DNA of 64,000 nucleotides from Nostoc sp. DedSLP01 (GCA_034530875.2 JAVRCJ020000034.1:1-64000), one strand, 5' to 3'; shown: positions 42,055-53,209, numbered from the stretch's first letter. Program-made: numbers and translations. Notes: generated from the sequence alone by a model not told the origin.

Positions 42055-42381
42055 GCATCAGGCAGAAGGTACGAGGAAAAATGCTTATCCTATTTAGTTT
42101 CTGAAAATAAGCATTTTAGATTTAATTCTGTCTACCTACTTAATATCAAAAGCGATCGCTGTTTATTTTTTCCAGAAAATAATAATAGCGATCGCTTTTT
42201 TGTAACCTAAGTAAAGAAATAATTGCTCCATTACGCCTGAGGATAGGAGCGCCCTTCAATTTAGCTGTCTATAATTAGCGGTAGGTTTAAATCTCTTTTT
42301 AATTGATTCTGATTGCTGTTAGTGCAGCAGGGTCTAGCGCATTCTGAATTCTTTTTCAATAAACTTTGAAATTTCTCAATT

Positions 42382-42915
42382 ATGAAACCTAACTTAGAAG
42401 ATATTACCAACAGTCCTCATCGCCGTCAAATTCTCAAAACTGCTCTTATCTTTCTGGCTGGCTTAACTACAACATCAGTCACATATTTTTTCAATCCCAA
42501 ATCTACAAAAAAAGCACAAGCAATTGTTGTGCAACGGCCCAATGAGTTTGAACTCAAAGGCAAAGGTACTCAAATTAAGTATTCTATCCTGAACGAAGTT
42601 CCACAGCTTGATTACAGAACTCAAAATACTTTCGCTCATTTCAGTGGCGATGAAATTCAAAGATTAACTACTGATATTGGAACACTAGTTACGGTCATTC
42701 TCAGCAAACCGAACCCTAATGTAGGAGGAAATACGCTGAAACTCAGCTTTCTATTACCCACTATCAACTTACCTATCGGTAGTGTAGAAACTACTGTCCA
42801 AACTCAAGCAATTCTCACTACCGAAAAAACATCAGGATTAATCCGAAGACCAATATTTGGACAATTTCAATCATACGAAACTTTCATACTTAATGGAACT
42901 GCTAGATACCGTTAG
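42382..42915 (+). CDS. Hypothetical exported beta-rich protein with Tat-like signal
   Basis: RRQILK followed by a hydrophobic stretch and AQA. Confidence 0.7.
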   Translation: MKPNLEDITNSPHRRQILKTALIFLAGLTTTSVTYFFNPKSTKKAQAIVVQRPNEFELKGKGTQIKYSILNEVPQLDYRTQNTFAHFSGDEIQRLTTDIGTLVTVILSKPNPNVGGNTLKLSFLLPTINLPIGSVETTVQTQAILTTEKTSGLIRRPIFGQFQSYETFILNGTARYR

Positions 42916-43371
42916 AGCCATCTGAATCTGAGTTCGGCAATCTTTTCCATTAAGTCACAAGTGACTTTATTTACTCGTAAGCGGCGATCGCTAGTTTCAA
43001 AGAGTCCTTCTAATGATATCCAAATGCGCGATCGCTAATGTTAGTTTTTCCAGATAGGGCAATACTCTGCAAAACTGCTCCGCGCGCTACTTCAGCAAGA
43101 AGGGAACTCTTAACAGGGAGGAACGGCCTGTTAAGAGTTCCCCGTTCCCTCTCTATACCAGAAGTCAGAAATCAAATTGGATTACTATTTATGAGTCGTA
43201 AATATTTTTGATAAATTTCTGCGAAAAATTTGAAATTAAGTTTGATAACTAGGTAGTAGACCCTACTTATTGATGCATGAAACATCAACTTATGAATTCG
43301 ATAATTGGGACTTCAACCAGCCAAGGAAATCTCCAGAATACTTCTGGAAGTATTCACAAAGGAGATTGTTG

Positions 43372-44019
43372 ATGATAAAAATGCACGCTGTACGCGACCT
43401 GAATCAACAACTATCTCAACTTGTTGCCGAAGCCTGTTCCTATCCAGCAAAGAGTTTGATACGGCGGCAAAAGCTGAATGAGATAGTTAGAGTTGTGATG
43501 AAATCAGGCAAATTATGGAGAGAGAACACACCTTACTATAACGATGCTCTGCAACAAACTTGGTTGTTTTTCTGCCGGAATCTAGAGCAATATAATCCAG
43601 AGCGTTGTAGCGTAATCACTTGGCTCGACAATTGCCTTAAGTGGCGATTGCAAGATTTCCGCACTTGGGAAGCGAAGAATCAAGCTAAAAATGTTTCTAG
43701 TTCTACCTTAGAAATTGAGGAAATAACAAACACCATCGAAAATTTACCAGCAGATCCAGAGATTCCGCCAATTTTAGAAGAAACTTCTCAATGGGCAATA
43801 ACAGATCCAGATGGAGATTTAGCCACTACTCACGTCAAAGGACGGCCTGAAGTAACTTGTCAAATTTTAATTCTACGACGCTTACCTCCAGAAACCCCTT
43901 GGAAGGATATTGCTCAGGAGTTTAACTTGCCCCCATCAACCGCACCGAATTTTTATAAACGCGAATGTCTGCCTCGGTTGCGAAATTTTGCACTCAGACA
44001 GGGATATCACGAAATTTGA
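43372..44019 (+). CDS. Sigma-70-like factor (cyanobacterial ECF-like type found with DUF1822)
   Basis: YYNDALQQTWLFFCRN...YNPE...VITWL region-2-like segment; C-terminal HTH WKDIAQEFNLP; AGGAG RBS 7 nt before ATG 43372. Confidence 0.75.
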   Translation: MIKMHAVRDLNQQLSQLVAEACSYPAKSLIRRQKLNEIVRVVMKSGKLWRENTPYYNDALQQTWLFFCRNLEQYNPERCSVITWLDNCLKWRLQDFRTWEAKNQAKNVSSSTLEIEEITNTIENLPADPEIPPILEETSQWAITDPDGDLATTHVKGRPEVTCQILILRRLPPETPWKDIAQEFNLPPSTAPNFYKRECLPRLRNFALRQGYHEI

Positions 44020-44072
44020 CATTCAAGCAGAGATAACTCAAAGAAGGAATATTTGGGAGAAGAAAAACTACT

Positions 44073-44996
44073 ATGATTCATAGTACTGAGAATATAAAAG
44101 AAAAATCTATTCCAGTGGCTATCACTCAAGCAGCACTGAGAATAGCACGACAATTTGCCGAGGAGCAGCCAACTCTAGAAAAGAAAAAGCAGGTTTATCT
44201 TAATACCCTGGCTGTATGTATTGTGAATGACTATATGCAAATGATGGACATTGCTACTGACTTGAAAGGTAGCGACAGTTGGAATCCAGCTATGCGCCTT
44301 TATAGTGATGTTGCAGATTTGAAATTGACTAAATTAGGCTACTTAGAATGTCGGTGTGTTAAGTCTGGTGCAGAGATTTGTTACATTCCACCAGAAGTCC
44401 CAGACGATAGAATAGGTGTAGTTGCAGTTGAGTTAGACACAGAGTTTCAAAAAGCGATTCTGGTGGGGTTTGCTAAAACAGTAAAATCTGGCGAGATGTG
44501 CATAGATCGGTTGCAAAGTATTGACGACTTACTTACACACTTAGATCGCCTTGAAAGTAACCAAAGCGAAGTAAACCTAAGTCGATGGTTGGAGAATACT
44601 TTTGCCGTAGGTTGGCAGCCCATTGAAGAAATTTTAGCTCCAAAAGCACTACAACCAGGTTTTCGTTATGGAACTGGAGTAACGCGAAGTAAACTAATCG
44701 ATTTAGGGTTAGAACTACCAGAACAAATCGTAGCCTTAATTGTCACAGTTACGCCAATAAGTTCAGTGGAAATCCATTTGAAATTCCAGATACATTGTAC
44801 CGATGAGGAAGTCTACTTACCTAACGATCTGATTGTAAAGGTATTAGATGAAAAGGGAGTTACTGTCATGGAAGCTCATGCTAGAAGCGGTAGTACTCAC
44901 ATAACACTAGAATTTCAAGTTCAAATGGGAGAACATTTTAGCGTGACCATAGAATTAGGAAATAATAGTATTATTACGGAAAAATTTTTTGTTTAA
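44073..44996 (+). CDS. DUF1822 family protein
   Basis: A-x2-FA...KKQVYLNTLAV...SDSWNP...VADL...LECR and VNLSRWL-x3-F-x2-GWQ motifs. Confidence 0.85.
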   Translation: MIHSTENIKEKSIPVAITQAALRIARQFAEEQPTLEKKKQVYLNTLAVCIVNDYMQMMDIATDLKGSDSWNPAMRLYSDVADLKLTKLGYLECRCVKSGAEICYIPPEVPDDRIGVVAVELDTEFQKAILVGFAKTVKSGEMCIDRLQSIDDLLTHLDRLESNQSEVNLSRWLENTFAVGWQPIEEILAPKALQPGFRYGTGVTRSKLIDLGLELPEQIVALIVTVTPISSVEIHLKFQIHCTDEEVYLPNDLIVKVLDEKGVTVMEAHARSGSTHITLEFQVQMGEHFSVTIELGNNSIITEKFFV

Positions 44997-45021
44997 TTAC
45001 ATACATTTTCGGTTATTAATT

Positions 45022-47433
45022 ATGCAGAAATTGGTTGTTTTAAAGCTAGATGGTGATTTAGCTCAGGGGGTAAGAGTGATGTTGGAGATTGGGGCAGAAA
45101 GAGATCGCCCCACTATAGAAGTTCGAGGCTACCTTCCCCCCCAACCAGAGATTATCGCAGACTATAACCTTTGGCAGGCAACCTACCGCAGCTTGGAAAA
45201 TTTTCGCATCACACCTATAAGTATTAGTGTTGGAAATTCTCTATTTGAGCATTTGAACAAATGTCGCAAATTAGAGGAGAAGTTGAGCGAGCAAATAAAT
45301 AGTTGGCTCAATTGTGAGTCTTTTCGCCCAGCTAAGGAAAAATTACTCAAACAATTAATGGCTGATGACACAATGCGGATATTAATCAAAACAGATGATA
45401 TTTGGTTGCGTCGTCTTCCTTGGCAACTATGGAATTTCTTTGAAGATTACTCAAAAGCAGAAGTTGCCCTCAGCGGTATAGAGTATGAATATCTGCCAAA
45501 AACAAAAACACTCATTGCTAAATCTCACGTAAAAATTCTCGCTATTTTAGGTAACAGTCAGGGAATTTTTATTGATAAAGATAGAGAAATATTAGAAAAA
45601 TTACCAAATGCAGAAATAACTTTTCTTGTAGAGCCACAACGCGATCGTATCAACGATCGCCTTTGGGAGCAAGACTGGGATATTTTATTTTTTGCAGGTC
45701 ACAGTTTTAGCCAACAAGATGGGAAAAGCGGTAAAATTTATATTAACAAAACTGATTGCTTAACAATTGATGAGCTAAGGTTTGCGCTAAAGAAAGCTGT
45801 CAGTAGAGGATTGCAATTAGCTATTTTCAATTCTTGTGATGGCTTAGGATTAGCCCATCAATTAGAAGATTTGCATATCCCTCAAATTATTGTGATGCGG
45901 GAGCCAGTGCATGATTTGGTAGCGCAGGAATTTTTAAAGAATTTTTTGGACAAATTTGCCAGTGGTGAGTCTCTACACTTAGCAGTACGAGAATCAAGAG
46001 AAAAATTACATGGTATTGCAGATAGATATCCCTGCGCGATGTGGTTACCTGTAGTCTGCCAAAATCCAGCAGCAGTACCGCCAACTTGGAAAGACTTTCT
46101 CAAAAAGCCAGAAACCGTAAATAATAAACTTCAACGAAATAATTACATTACCGAATTCCAGTCTCGATGGTTTAAAGTTCAAAAAGTGCTTTTGTTGAGT
46201 TTAATAATCGCTATTTTAGTAATGGGATTGAGAACATTTGGCTTGTTGGAGTTATCAGAACTAAAAGCTTTTGACCAGTTCATGGGGATGCGGCCAGAGG
46301 AAAAATCAGATTCGCGTTTCTTGATAGTTACTGTTGATGAAGCCGATATTCAGTATCAAAATCAAATGAAAATGAATATGCGATGGTCTTTATCAGATGG
46401 AGCACTAGCTCAACTGTTGAAAAAATTGGATCGCTATCAACCAAGAACTATCGGTTTAGACGTTTACCGCGATTTTCCTGTAGACCCGAACTTTGCAGAT
46501 TTAGGAGCCCGTCTCAAACAAGATAACCGCCTTTTTGCTGTATGTAAAGTTCCTGCACCTCTTGATGGTGCCCCAGAAGGTACTCCTCCACCTCCTGAAG
46601 TCCCAGAAGAACGTTTAAGTTTTAGCGATTTTGTCGCAGATAATTATGAAATTGCTCGCCGTCAGCTTTTGCACTTGACTCCTCCTGTGACATCTCCCTG
46701 TAGTGCCAAATATTCTTTCAGCCTGCAAATCGCACTTCATTACCTAGAGGCAAAAGGTATTAAAGCAGATATTACCCCAAAGGGGCAGTTGCAGATTGGG
46801 AATGTCTTGTTTAAGCAATTAAGAACTTACACTAGTGGCTACCAAGGAGTAGATGCAAAAGGTTACCAACTATTGCTCAATTATCGCTCTCTCCCGTCTT
46901 TAGAAAATATTGCTCAGCAAGTGTCTCTCAGAGATGTCCTTAACGAGCAGATAAACCCTCAATTACAGGAGTTATTGAAGGATCGTATTGTTTTGATTGG
47001 TGTCACTGCTCCCACTACTACTGATTATTGGAAAACTCCTTACAGTGCTAAAGCACCACTCAATCAAAAGCAGATACCGGGTGTTTTTGTACAAGCACAC
47101 GCCATCAGCCAAATTATCAGTGCTGTTCTAGACCGCAGACCTCTACTTTGGTGGTGGCCGAGGTGGGTGGAAGCGCTATGGATATGGGGATGGTCAGCTA
47201 TTGGAGGAACTCTAGCATTGTTGATTCGGCAGCCACTTTACTTAGGAGTGGCTGGAGCTACAGCGCTATTGTCACTATATGTAATTTGCTTTGGTATTTT
47301 TATACAAGCAGGATGGGTGCCACTCGTTCCTGCGGCTTTGGCGTTAGTGGCTACTCAAATAGTAATTGTATATGCGATCGCAGAGCGTTTTGGTTTTCAA
47401 GCTAGCAAAAGAAATCCGGATTACGAATTATGA
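45022..47433 (+). CDS. Transmembrane CHAT (caspase-like) protease - CHASE2 sensor
   Basis: LPW, ILFFAGHS (His), FNSCDG (Cys), one TM, CHASE2 (IGLDVYRD, DRIVLIG, PGVFVQAH), then three TMs. Confidence 0.9.
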   Translation: MQKLVVLKLDGDLAQGVRVMLEIGAERDRPTIEVRGYLPPQPEIIADYNLWQATYRSLENFRITPISISVGNSLFEHLNKCRKLEEKLSEQINSWLNCESFRPAKEKLLKQLMADDTMRILIKTDDIWLRRLPWQLWNFFEDYSKAEVALSGIEYEYLPKTKTLIAKSHVKILAILGNSQGIFIDKDREILEKLPNAEITFLVEPQRDRINDRLWEQDWDILFFAGHSFSQQDGKSGKIYINKTDCLTIDELRFALKKAVSRGLQLAIFNSCDGLGLAHQLEDLHIPQIIVMREPVHDLVAQEFLKNFLDKFASGESLHLAVRESREKLHGIADRYPCAMWLPVVCQNPAAVPPTWKDFLKKPETVNNKLQRNNYITEFQSRWFKVQKVLLLSLIIAILVMGLRTFGLLELSELKAFDQFMGMRPEEKSDSRFLIVTVDEADIQYQNQMKMNMRWSLSDGALAQLLKKLDRYQPRTIGLDVYRDFPVDPNFADLGARLKQDNRLFAVCKVPAPLDGAPEGTPPPPEVPEERLSFSDFVADNYEIARRQLLHLTPPVTSPCSAKYSFSLQIALHYLEAKGIKADITPKGQLQIGNVLFKQLRTYTSGYQGVDAKGYQLLLNYRSLPSLENIAQQVSLRDVLNEQINPQLQELLKDRIVLIGVTAPTTTDYWKTPYSAKAPLNQKQIPGVFVQAHAISQIISAVLDRRPLLWWWPRWVEALWIWGWSAIGGTLALLIRQPLYLGVAGATALLSLYVICFGIFIQAGWVPLVPAALALVATQIVIVYAIAERFGFQASKRNPDYEL

Positions 47434-48275
47434 TCGGCAAAAAATTATTACTTTTCCCAAGGCTAAAACTTGCTTACATTGTCTTTTTAGTACTTCTTAG
47501 CTTGCCAACTTATTCTCCAACGGTATCGGCACAGTTTACTAATTCAGCTAACAAGCCTTTTTTTGGTACACCCATCAACTCTACGCGACCGAACTTTCCA
47601 GATAACGGTATACCTACCGGCCGCCGCAAAGGAGGGACAAGCAGAGATGCTTGTTCTGTCCTCAGTATGCCTGTTACTGCCATAGTCCCTGGTGAAGAAA
47701 CTTTGAGTTCAGCCCAAAAAGGAACGTTACCTCAAACTATCTCCTCAAAATCTTTCCTAGCATTAACAGTTAGTGAATATCCAATCTTTTGGTTTTACAT
47801 TCCCAATTTGCCCCCAAATTTACACTCTGCTGAATTTGTTTTGCTCAATGAAATAGAAGATGATATTTACCGTAGTCGGCTAACCCTACCTGAAAAGCCT
47901 GGAGTTATCAGCATTAGCCTTCCGCAACAACCAAAATATTCTTTAGATGTAGATAAAAAGTATCATTGGTATTTGAAAGTTTATTGTAACGATCTACGAA
48001 AAACATCTGGGTACTTTTATATTGATGGTTTAGTGCAACGGGTTGCGTTGACTCAGAAGCTTGAGAGCCAGTTAAAAGCAGTAAAACCAAGAGAATATAT
48101 AGCTTATATTGATAATGGTATTTGGTACGATGCCATAACAAATTTAGCTAGCCTCCGGAGTAGCAATTTACAAAATGATACCCTACAAAAAGATTGGGCT
48201 AACTTATTAAAATCTGTTGGCTTGCAAGACATTGCTGAAGAACCCATTGTTCGGTACTATAAGGCTGAGGAGTGA
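47430..48275 (+). CDS. DUF928 domain protein, exported
   Basis: Signal peptide; P-x-GRR-x-GG-x-SR, P-x-FWFYIP, GIWYDA and W-x2-LL-x-SVGL motifs; ATGA overlap with the upstream gene. Confidence 0.88.
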   Translation: MIGKKLLLFPRLKLAYIVFLVLLSLPTYSPTVSAQFTNSANKPFFGTPINSTRPNFPDNGIPTGRRKGGTSRDACSVLSMPVTAIVPGEETLSSAQKGTLPQTISSKSFLALTVSEYPIFWFYIPNLPPNLHSAEFVLLNEIEDDIYRSRLTLPEKPGVISISLPQQPKYSLDVDKKYHWYLKVYCNDLRKTSGYFYIDGLVQRVALTQKLESQLKAVKPREYIAYIDNGIWYDAITNLASLRSSNLQNDTLQKDWANLLKSVGLQDIAEEPIVRYYKAEE

Positions 48276-48355
48276 TACCAATTCGCAATTAAAAAACTTA
48301 GATACAGTAAAGCTTACAGGGTTTACATCTGTATCATGTTTTTCGTGAAATGGTA
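48276..48355. mobile_element. MITE with TGA direct repeats, one of which is the DUF928 stop codon
   Basis: TGA-TACCAATTCGC ... GTGAAATGGTA-TGA. Confidence 0.55.
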
Positions 48356-48420
48356 TGATTGTAAGAATTCAGCAGATTTAACTGAGAATCTTCCCAATCA
48401 GATGAAAGCAATTTGGTAGC

Positions 48421-51102
48421 TTATAACCAATTACCTACTAACACATAAGGTGCCCAGAAATAAGGACGTTTTTCATTATTGAGAACAGCTATTTGAGCGT
48501 GTTGGAGTGCTTGGGCTTTAGTCACCCCAGTTTTTAGTTCTCGGTAGAAATAACTCATAAATTTGCTGCTAAACTCATCATCTACTGACCATAAGGTTGC
48601 GACGATACTGCGCGCTCCTGCTCGTACCGCCACCCCTGCTAATCCTAAAGCAGCTCGTTTATCTCCAGTTGCTGTTTGACAAGCGCTGAGGACGAGTAAT
48701 TCAATGGCATTAGACTGACTAGAGCCACTTTGCCGAAATAAATTCACAAAATCTTTTACCTTAACCAGTCGATCCCAAGCCAGAATAAAGGTTTCTTCGG
48801 GGTTGGAACTAAACTTCCCGTGGGTTGCTAAGTGGACAACAGAAAAAGGAACCTTTTTTATTTGATTTTGAAGGTTAGTTTCGGTAAATGTTTGATTAAA
48901 AAGTTGTTTAGTTTTAGAGACTTCAGACTGAATAGCTTCTAATTCACGCGCTACATTTTTGAGAGGAGGAAACTCTAGATTTCCTATTTGGCGTTTCTCG
49001 CTGACTCCGCCACTTAAGACGTTTAACTTTACCTGTTGCAAAGGTTTCGGATTGGTTAGTTGTAGACCTGGAGTGAGAGCGATCGCATATTTCTCCACCA
49101 AATATTTTTGCTGTTCTTTATCGTAGAGAACTGCCATCGGAATATTCCGTAAAGATCCATCTAGTACGAATACTAAAGTTTTAATATCACTTTTGACTAA
49201 CTCTGCTTCGGCTGGTCGGATTAACCAGTCATATAACTTTTGGGACTGCTTTTTCACTTGAAAAGTTCGGGTGATATCCCGTAAATATTCTCCCAAATCT
49301 AATATGGTTTTCTCAACTGTATCTCGGTCTACAATCGTCGTATAGTGGCGAAGTTCTTGTTGGCCGGGCAACTTAATAATAATTTCTAAGCGGTCAGCCA
49401 AAATAATTGCATAAATAGTTGCTGCTGACTTATCTCGATCGACTACTCGATCTATCTCTACCTTGGCATCCAAGCAGGCCGATCCAAAAAAGTTTTCTAG
49501 TTCTGCCAATTGTAGAGATTCCATTGTTTGACGCGCTTGCTTAAGATTTTCTTGAGTAATTTGTTGGTTGCCAGTTTGTTGCAAGCTCAACTCAAGAAAC
49601 TCCCGATAGACGGGTTCTACACTTTCCTTGAAGGAAAACTGCACGTCTGGATGCATGGCAACCAAATCGCTACTCAAAGACTGGAGAATGTTTACAGCTT
49701 GACTGTAATTAGCAAGAGCTTTTGTAACATTTCCCTGAGCTTTATAAAGCCTTCCTAACTGCCATTGCCAACGATAGGCAATATCTGATGCCTCAATGGT
49801 TTCGGCTAGATTTAGGGCTTGTTGGGTGAGGTCTTGAGCATCGCTGTATTGCTGGGTCTGCTCGTAAAGTCCACCCAGATATCCTAAAGCATAAGCTAAT
49901 GCACGAGTATCTTTGATATTTCTAGCTTGTTGAACAGCAGTGGCTAACACCTGACCTATTTGTGTCCGCGAAGGAGCGTTGGAGATGTCCGACTGTCTTA
50001 GCTGCATTAAATTTTGAGCAAAATTAATTTGAGCATAAACTGCTGCTCGACTCGCTGGGAGGTTGATAATTTCAGGCTGAATTTGAGTCCACAATACCTG
50101 AGCGTCTGACCCCGATTTAGTCTCCACCGATAAGTCCAACTGATTGAGTTGTGCTTGAATTCGAGTGATTAATGAGGTGGATGTTGCTTGTGCCTGTTGA
50201 TAAAACTGCAATGCACTCGGAAAGTCGTGCTGGGCTTGGGCTGTTGTGCCTAAACTCACATACGATGCAGCTATTTCCTCGGGAGATTTTAGCTTTTGAG
50301 CGAGGGTTAAAGTTTGTTGCAAAATGCGTTGGGATTTGTCTAAATCGCCAACTACTCGCAACACATTGCCAAGGCTACGCAGTGCCGTAGCTTTGAGTAA
50401 AGAGTCTGGTTGAGTTTGGAGATTTTTTTCTAGCTGGGTTAGTGTTTCGTTAGCCCTATGGTAAAGACCTAAGTATTGCAGGGCTTGGACTTGATTGATT
50501 AGGCTGCCAGTAATTCCAGCATTATTACCTACTTGTTTGTAAGTCGCAGTAGCTTGCTCCCAAGTAGTCAGTGCTTGCTCTGCTTGCCCTAGTGCTAATT
50601 GCAGATGTCCTTGAGTGTTTAAGACTTGTGCGAGAATGAGTTTGGATTCTTTGGTTTGCAGTTGATTGTTTTGCAGAATTTCTAAGCTTTGTGCGATCGC
50701 AAAACTTCCCTGTTGCCATTGTCCAAGTTGCTGGAAAGCCAATGACATTAAGCTCAGCACTTTGGCTTGATTAAACTTATCCCCAAGAGATTGATAAACT
50801 TGGGCTGCTTGTTGCCAAACCTTAGCTGCATCAGCAAACTTTTCTTCTTGATATAAACTTTTACCTTGTTGCGCTAGTTGTGAAGGGTCTGGCAGACTTT
50901 GGACAATAGGAGCATTTTCTGGAACTTTCGCTAAAACAGGCGCTTGCATAGTCCCGATTACCAACAAGTTGAGCAATTGTCCCCATAAAATTACCAGTAC
51001 ACTTGCTCCCACGTATGAGGGTTTCCAAAACCAACGGATACTACGAAAAAAACCGGGATGTTTTCTGGCTATATCAACATAAAAGTAACGTTTACGGGAC
51101 AT
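48421..51102 (-). CDS. TPR-CHAT domain protease
   Basis: TPR repeats, YRWQWQLG, HLATHG (His), VLSACQTA (Cys) and PYFWAPYVLVGNWL; N-terminal hydrophobic segment. Confidence 0.92.
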   Translation of the reverse strand: MSRKRYFYVDIARKHPGFFRSIRWFWKPSYVGASVLVILWGQLLNLLVIGTMQAPVLAKVPENAPIVQSLPDPSQLAQQGKSLYQEEKFADAAKVWQQAAQVYQSLGDKFNQAKVLSLMSLAFQQLGQWQQGSFAIAQSLEILQNNQLQTKESKLILAQVLNTQGHLQLALGQAEQALTTWEQATATYKQVGNNAGITGSLINQVQALQYLGLYHRANETLTQLEKNLQTQPDSLLKATALRSLGNVLRVVGDLDKSQRILQQTLTLAQKLKSPEEIAASYVSLGTTAQAQHDFPSALQFYQQAQATSTSLITRIQAQLNQLDLSVETKSGSDAQVLWTQIQPEIINLPASRAAVYAQINFAQNLMQLRQSDISNAPSRTQIGQVLATAVQQARNIKDTRALAYALGYLGGLYEQTQQYSDAQDLTQQALNLAETIEASDIAYRWQWQLGRLYKAQGNVTKALANYSQAVNILQSLSSDLVAMHPDVQFSFKESVEPVYREFLELSLQQTGNQQITQENLKQARQTMESLQLAELENFFGSACLDAKVEIDRVVDRDKSAATIYAIILADRLEIIIKLPGQQELRHYTTIVDRDTVEKTILDLGEYLRDITRTFQVKKQSQKLYDWLIRPAEAELVKSDIKTLVFVLDGSLRNIPMAVLYDKEQQKYLVEKYAIALTPGLQLTNPKPLQQVKLNVLSGGVSEKRQIGNLEFPPLKNVARELEAIQSEVSKTKQLFNQTFTETNLQNQIKKVPFSVVHLATHGKFSSNPEETFILAWDRLVKVKDFVNLFRQSGSSQSNAIELLVLSACQTATGDKRAALGLAGVAVRAGARSIVATLWSVDDEFSSKFMSYFYRELKTGVTKAQALQHAQIAVLNNEKRPYFWAPYVLVGNWL

Positions 51103-53209
51103 GGCACTTGGCTGATATCAAGGCTGGATTATGGGGTGTAGTAGTTAATGTAGAAGCTGTTAGGACTACCTCACCCTTATCATTAGTTGCCCATTCAGTA
51201 GCTTCCACAATTTGAGTAGGTGGACTAACTTTTATCGGATTTGGAAAAGAGGTAGTAGTAGGAGGGTTATTTTCGCCTGAAATAGGCGTATCTAAATCCA
51301 TCCAAACTGCATCATTGTTTAGGGGAGCGTTGGGGTTGGGTGGCAAACCACCTCGTCCAATGACTACAAACTTGCTTTGAGCAGAACTTGAACTGTTGCA
51401 GGCTTGAGCGATTTCGGGAGCTGGTGATATTGTTGGTAAATTTATTAAACCACTGTTGAGGTCGATATCAGGTGTGTTGATTTCCACAGTTCCATTAAGC
51501 TCAGGACTTCCGCCAGTAGCAGTGATGTCACTAAAATCTGTTCGATTCTGGCGGCGTTGAATACCATAGATACCGGAAGTACGTATGTCAACTCTTCCAC
51601 CTTTTCCTTGAGATGCATTAGCAGTTATATCACTATTCTCTCTTGGTATAGCTACAATCAAGCCCGACCGTGCATTAATTATGATATTACCGCCGTTTCC
51701 GCGTGCGTTGGTAGAAATTTCGCTGTTGCGACGCAGTGACAATAACTTTTGCAAGTTCAATTTTATATTGCCACCATCACCGGAGTTAGCTCGACCACTG
51801 AGCTTGCCTTTGTTATCCAAATTAATAGAACGAGCAGTAATTTCCAAATCACCTGCTTGGTTTGTGCCTAGACTGCTCACAGTTATGTCAGCGCCATTTA
51901 AGACATTTAATTCTTCAGCTTTAATTATGATGCTTCCCCCCTTTGTAGTAGACTCTCTAAAACGGGAAGCCGAAATGCTTGCTCCATCCTGAACAATCAA
52001 CTGCCTAGTTTCAATCCTCAATTCTCCGGCCTTTCCAATGCCTTGTGTGAAAGCAAACAAGCCACTGGGGTTACCTTGTCGTGAGGTTCCAATGAGTTTG
52101 ATCGAGTCTGTTGCGGTTACGGATAACTTTCCTCCATTTCCTTGACTAAGAGCGGAAGCTGAAATATACGCCCCATCTTGAACAATCAACTGTCCAGTTT
52201 CAATCTTCACTTCTCCAGCATTTCCAGATGCTACGGTATCACTTAACAGATAGCTTCCTCCCAGAAGTTTTACTGACTCCGATGCCTTCACCAGTAATGT
52301 TGCTCCCGATTTTGAGCCTACCGTATTAACCGTAATAGCTGAATCATCGGCGAGTGTAACGCGCTTGCCTTGTATTTGAATAGCACCACTGCCTTGACCA
52401 CTAACAGTTACTGTAGTAGTTTGGGTAAGAGATACATTTGCTCGCGCTACATTATCAGGAAAACTTAAGCGGAAATTGTTGTTATCAATGTTCAATCCTA
52501 CCGTTCCTGTTCCTGCTAATCCTCCTAATTCGATTCGACCGTTTGGAGCTTGCAGTGTTGCTCCTTCTAAATTCACATCGCCTCCCAGTAGAACTAAACT
52601 CCGACTTGCAGGAACGGATAGTGCAATTGGTCCTGTATTAACTTGAATCGGGCTAATAGGCTCAGATGCAATTTGATTAAATAGAAATGCAGAAGGATTG
52701 ACACTCAGCAAGGGGTTAAGCGGATTGACGGGTGAAGTCATGGAAAATTCTGCACCGCCCGAAAACTGGATCGCACTGGCTGTTGTTCCGATAAACGAAC
52801 CGCCAAGATTTAATTTGGCATTTTTTCCAAATATGATGCCCTTGGGATTAATTAAAAAGAGATTAGCTTGGGCTTGAAGTGTTCCCTGGATATCAGAGGG
52901 GTTTGCTCCTGTAACTCGCACCAAAATATTGTTGATACCAGAGGCGCTATGAAAATTTACTATCTCTTGATTTTTAACACTAAAGTTGCTGAAACTATGG
53001 AAGAGATTTGTATTCCCAACGGTTGTACCGCCTGTAATTTGATAATTTTTGCCGTCGGTTAACTCCACTTTAGTTCCCAAAGAGGGATCGGCAGTGACCT
53101 CCTGAGCATATGTGCGATCGCCTCCTTCTATGCCAATCTCACCCGCTAAAATCACCAAGCCCGATAACCCTAAATGGTAACTGCAACTCAAGCAACTTCT
53201 TAAACTCAC
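51092..53209 (-). CDS. Filamentous haemagglutinin N-terminal (TPS) domain exoprotein, TpsA-like
   Basis: NLFHSF, NILVRVTG and LINPKGIIFG TPS motifs; G-x-GG/AG beta-helix repeats; C-terminal GRGGLPP-x-P. Confidence 0.92.
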   Translation of the reverse strand: MSLRSCLSCSYHLGLSGLVILAGEIGIEGGDRTYAQEVTADPSLGTKVELTDGKNYQITGGTTVGNTNLFHSFSNFSVKNQEIVNFHSASGINNILVRVTGANPSDIQGTLQAQANLFLINPKGIIFGKNAKLNLGGSFIGTTASAIQFSGGAEFSMTSPVNPLNPLLSVNPSAFLFNQIASEPISPIQVNTGPIALSVPASRSLVLLGGDVNLEGATLQAPNGRIELGGLAGTGTVGLNIDNNNFRLSFPDNVARANVSLTQTTTVTVSGQGSGAIQIQGKRVTLADDSAITVNTVGSKSGATLLVKASESVKLLGGSYLLSDTVASGNAGEVKIETGQLIVQDGAYISASALSQGNGGKLSVTATDSIKLIGTSRQGNPSGLFAFTQGIGKAGELRIETRQLIVQDGASISASRFRESTTKGGSIIIKAEELNVLNGADITVSSLGTNQAGDLEITARSINLDNKGKLSGRANSGDGGNIKLNLQKLLSLRRNSEISTNARGNGGNIIINARSGLIVAIPRENSDITANASQGKGGRVDIRTSGIYGIQRRQNRTDFSDITATGGSPELNGTVEINTPDIDLNSGLINLPTISPAPEIAQACNSSSSAQSKFVVIGRGGLPPNPNAPLNNDAVWMDLDTPISGENNPPTTTSFPNPIKVSPPTQIVEATEWATNDKGEVVLTASTLTTTPHNPALISAKCHVP

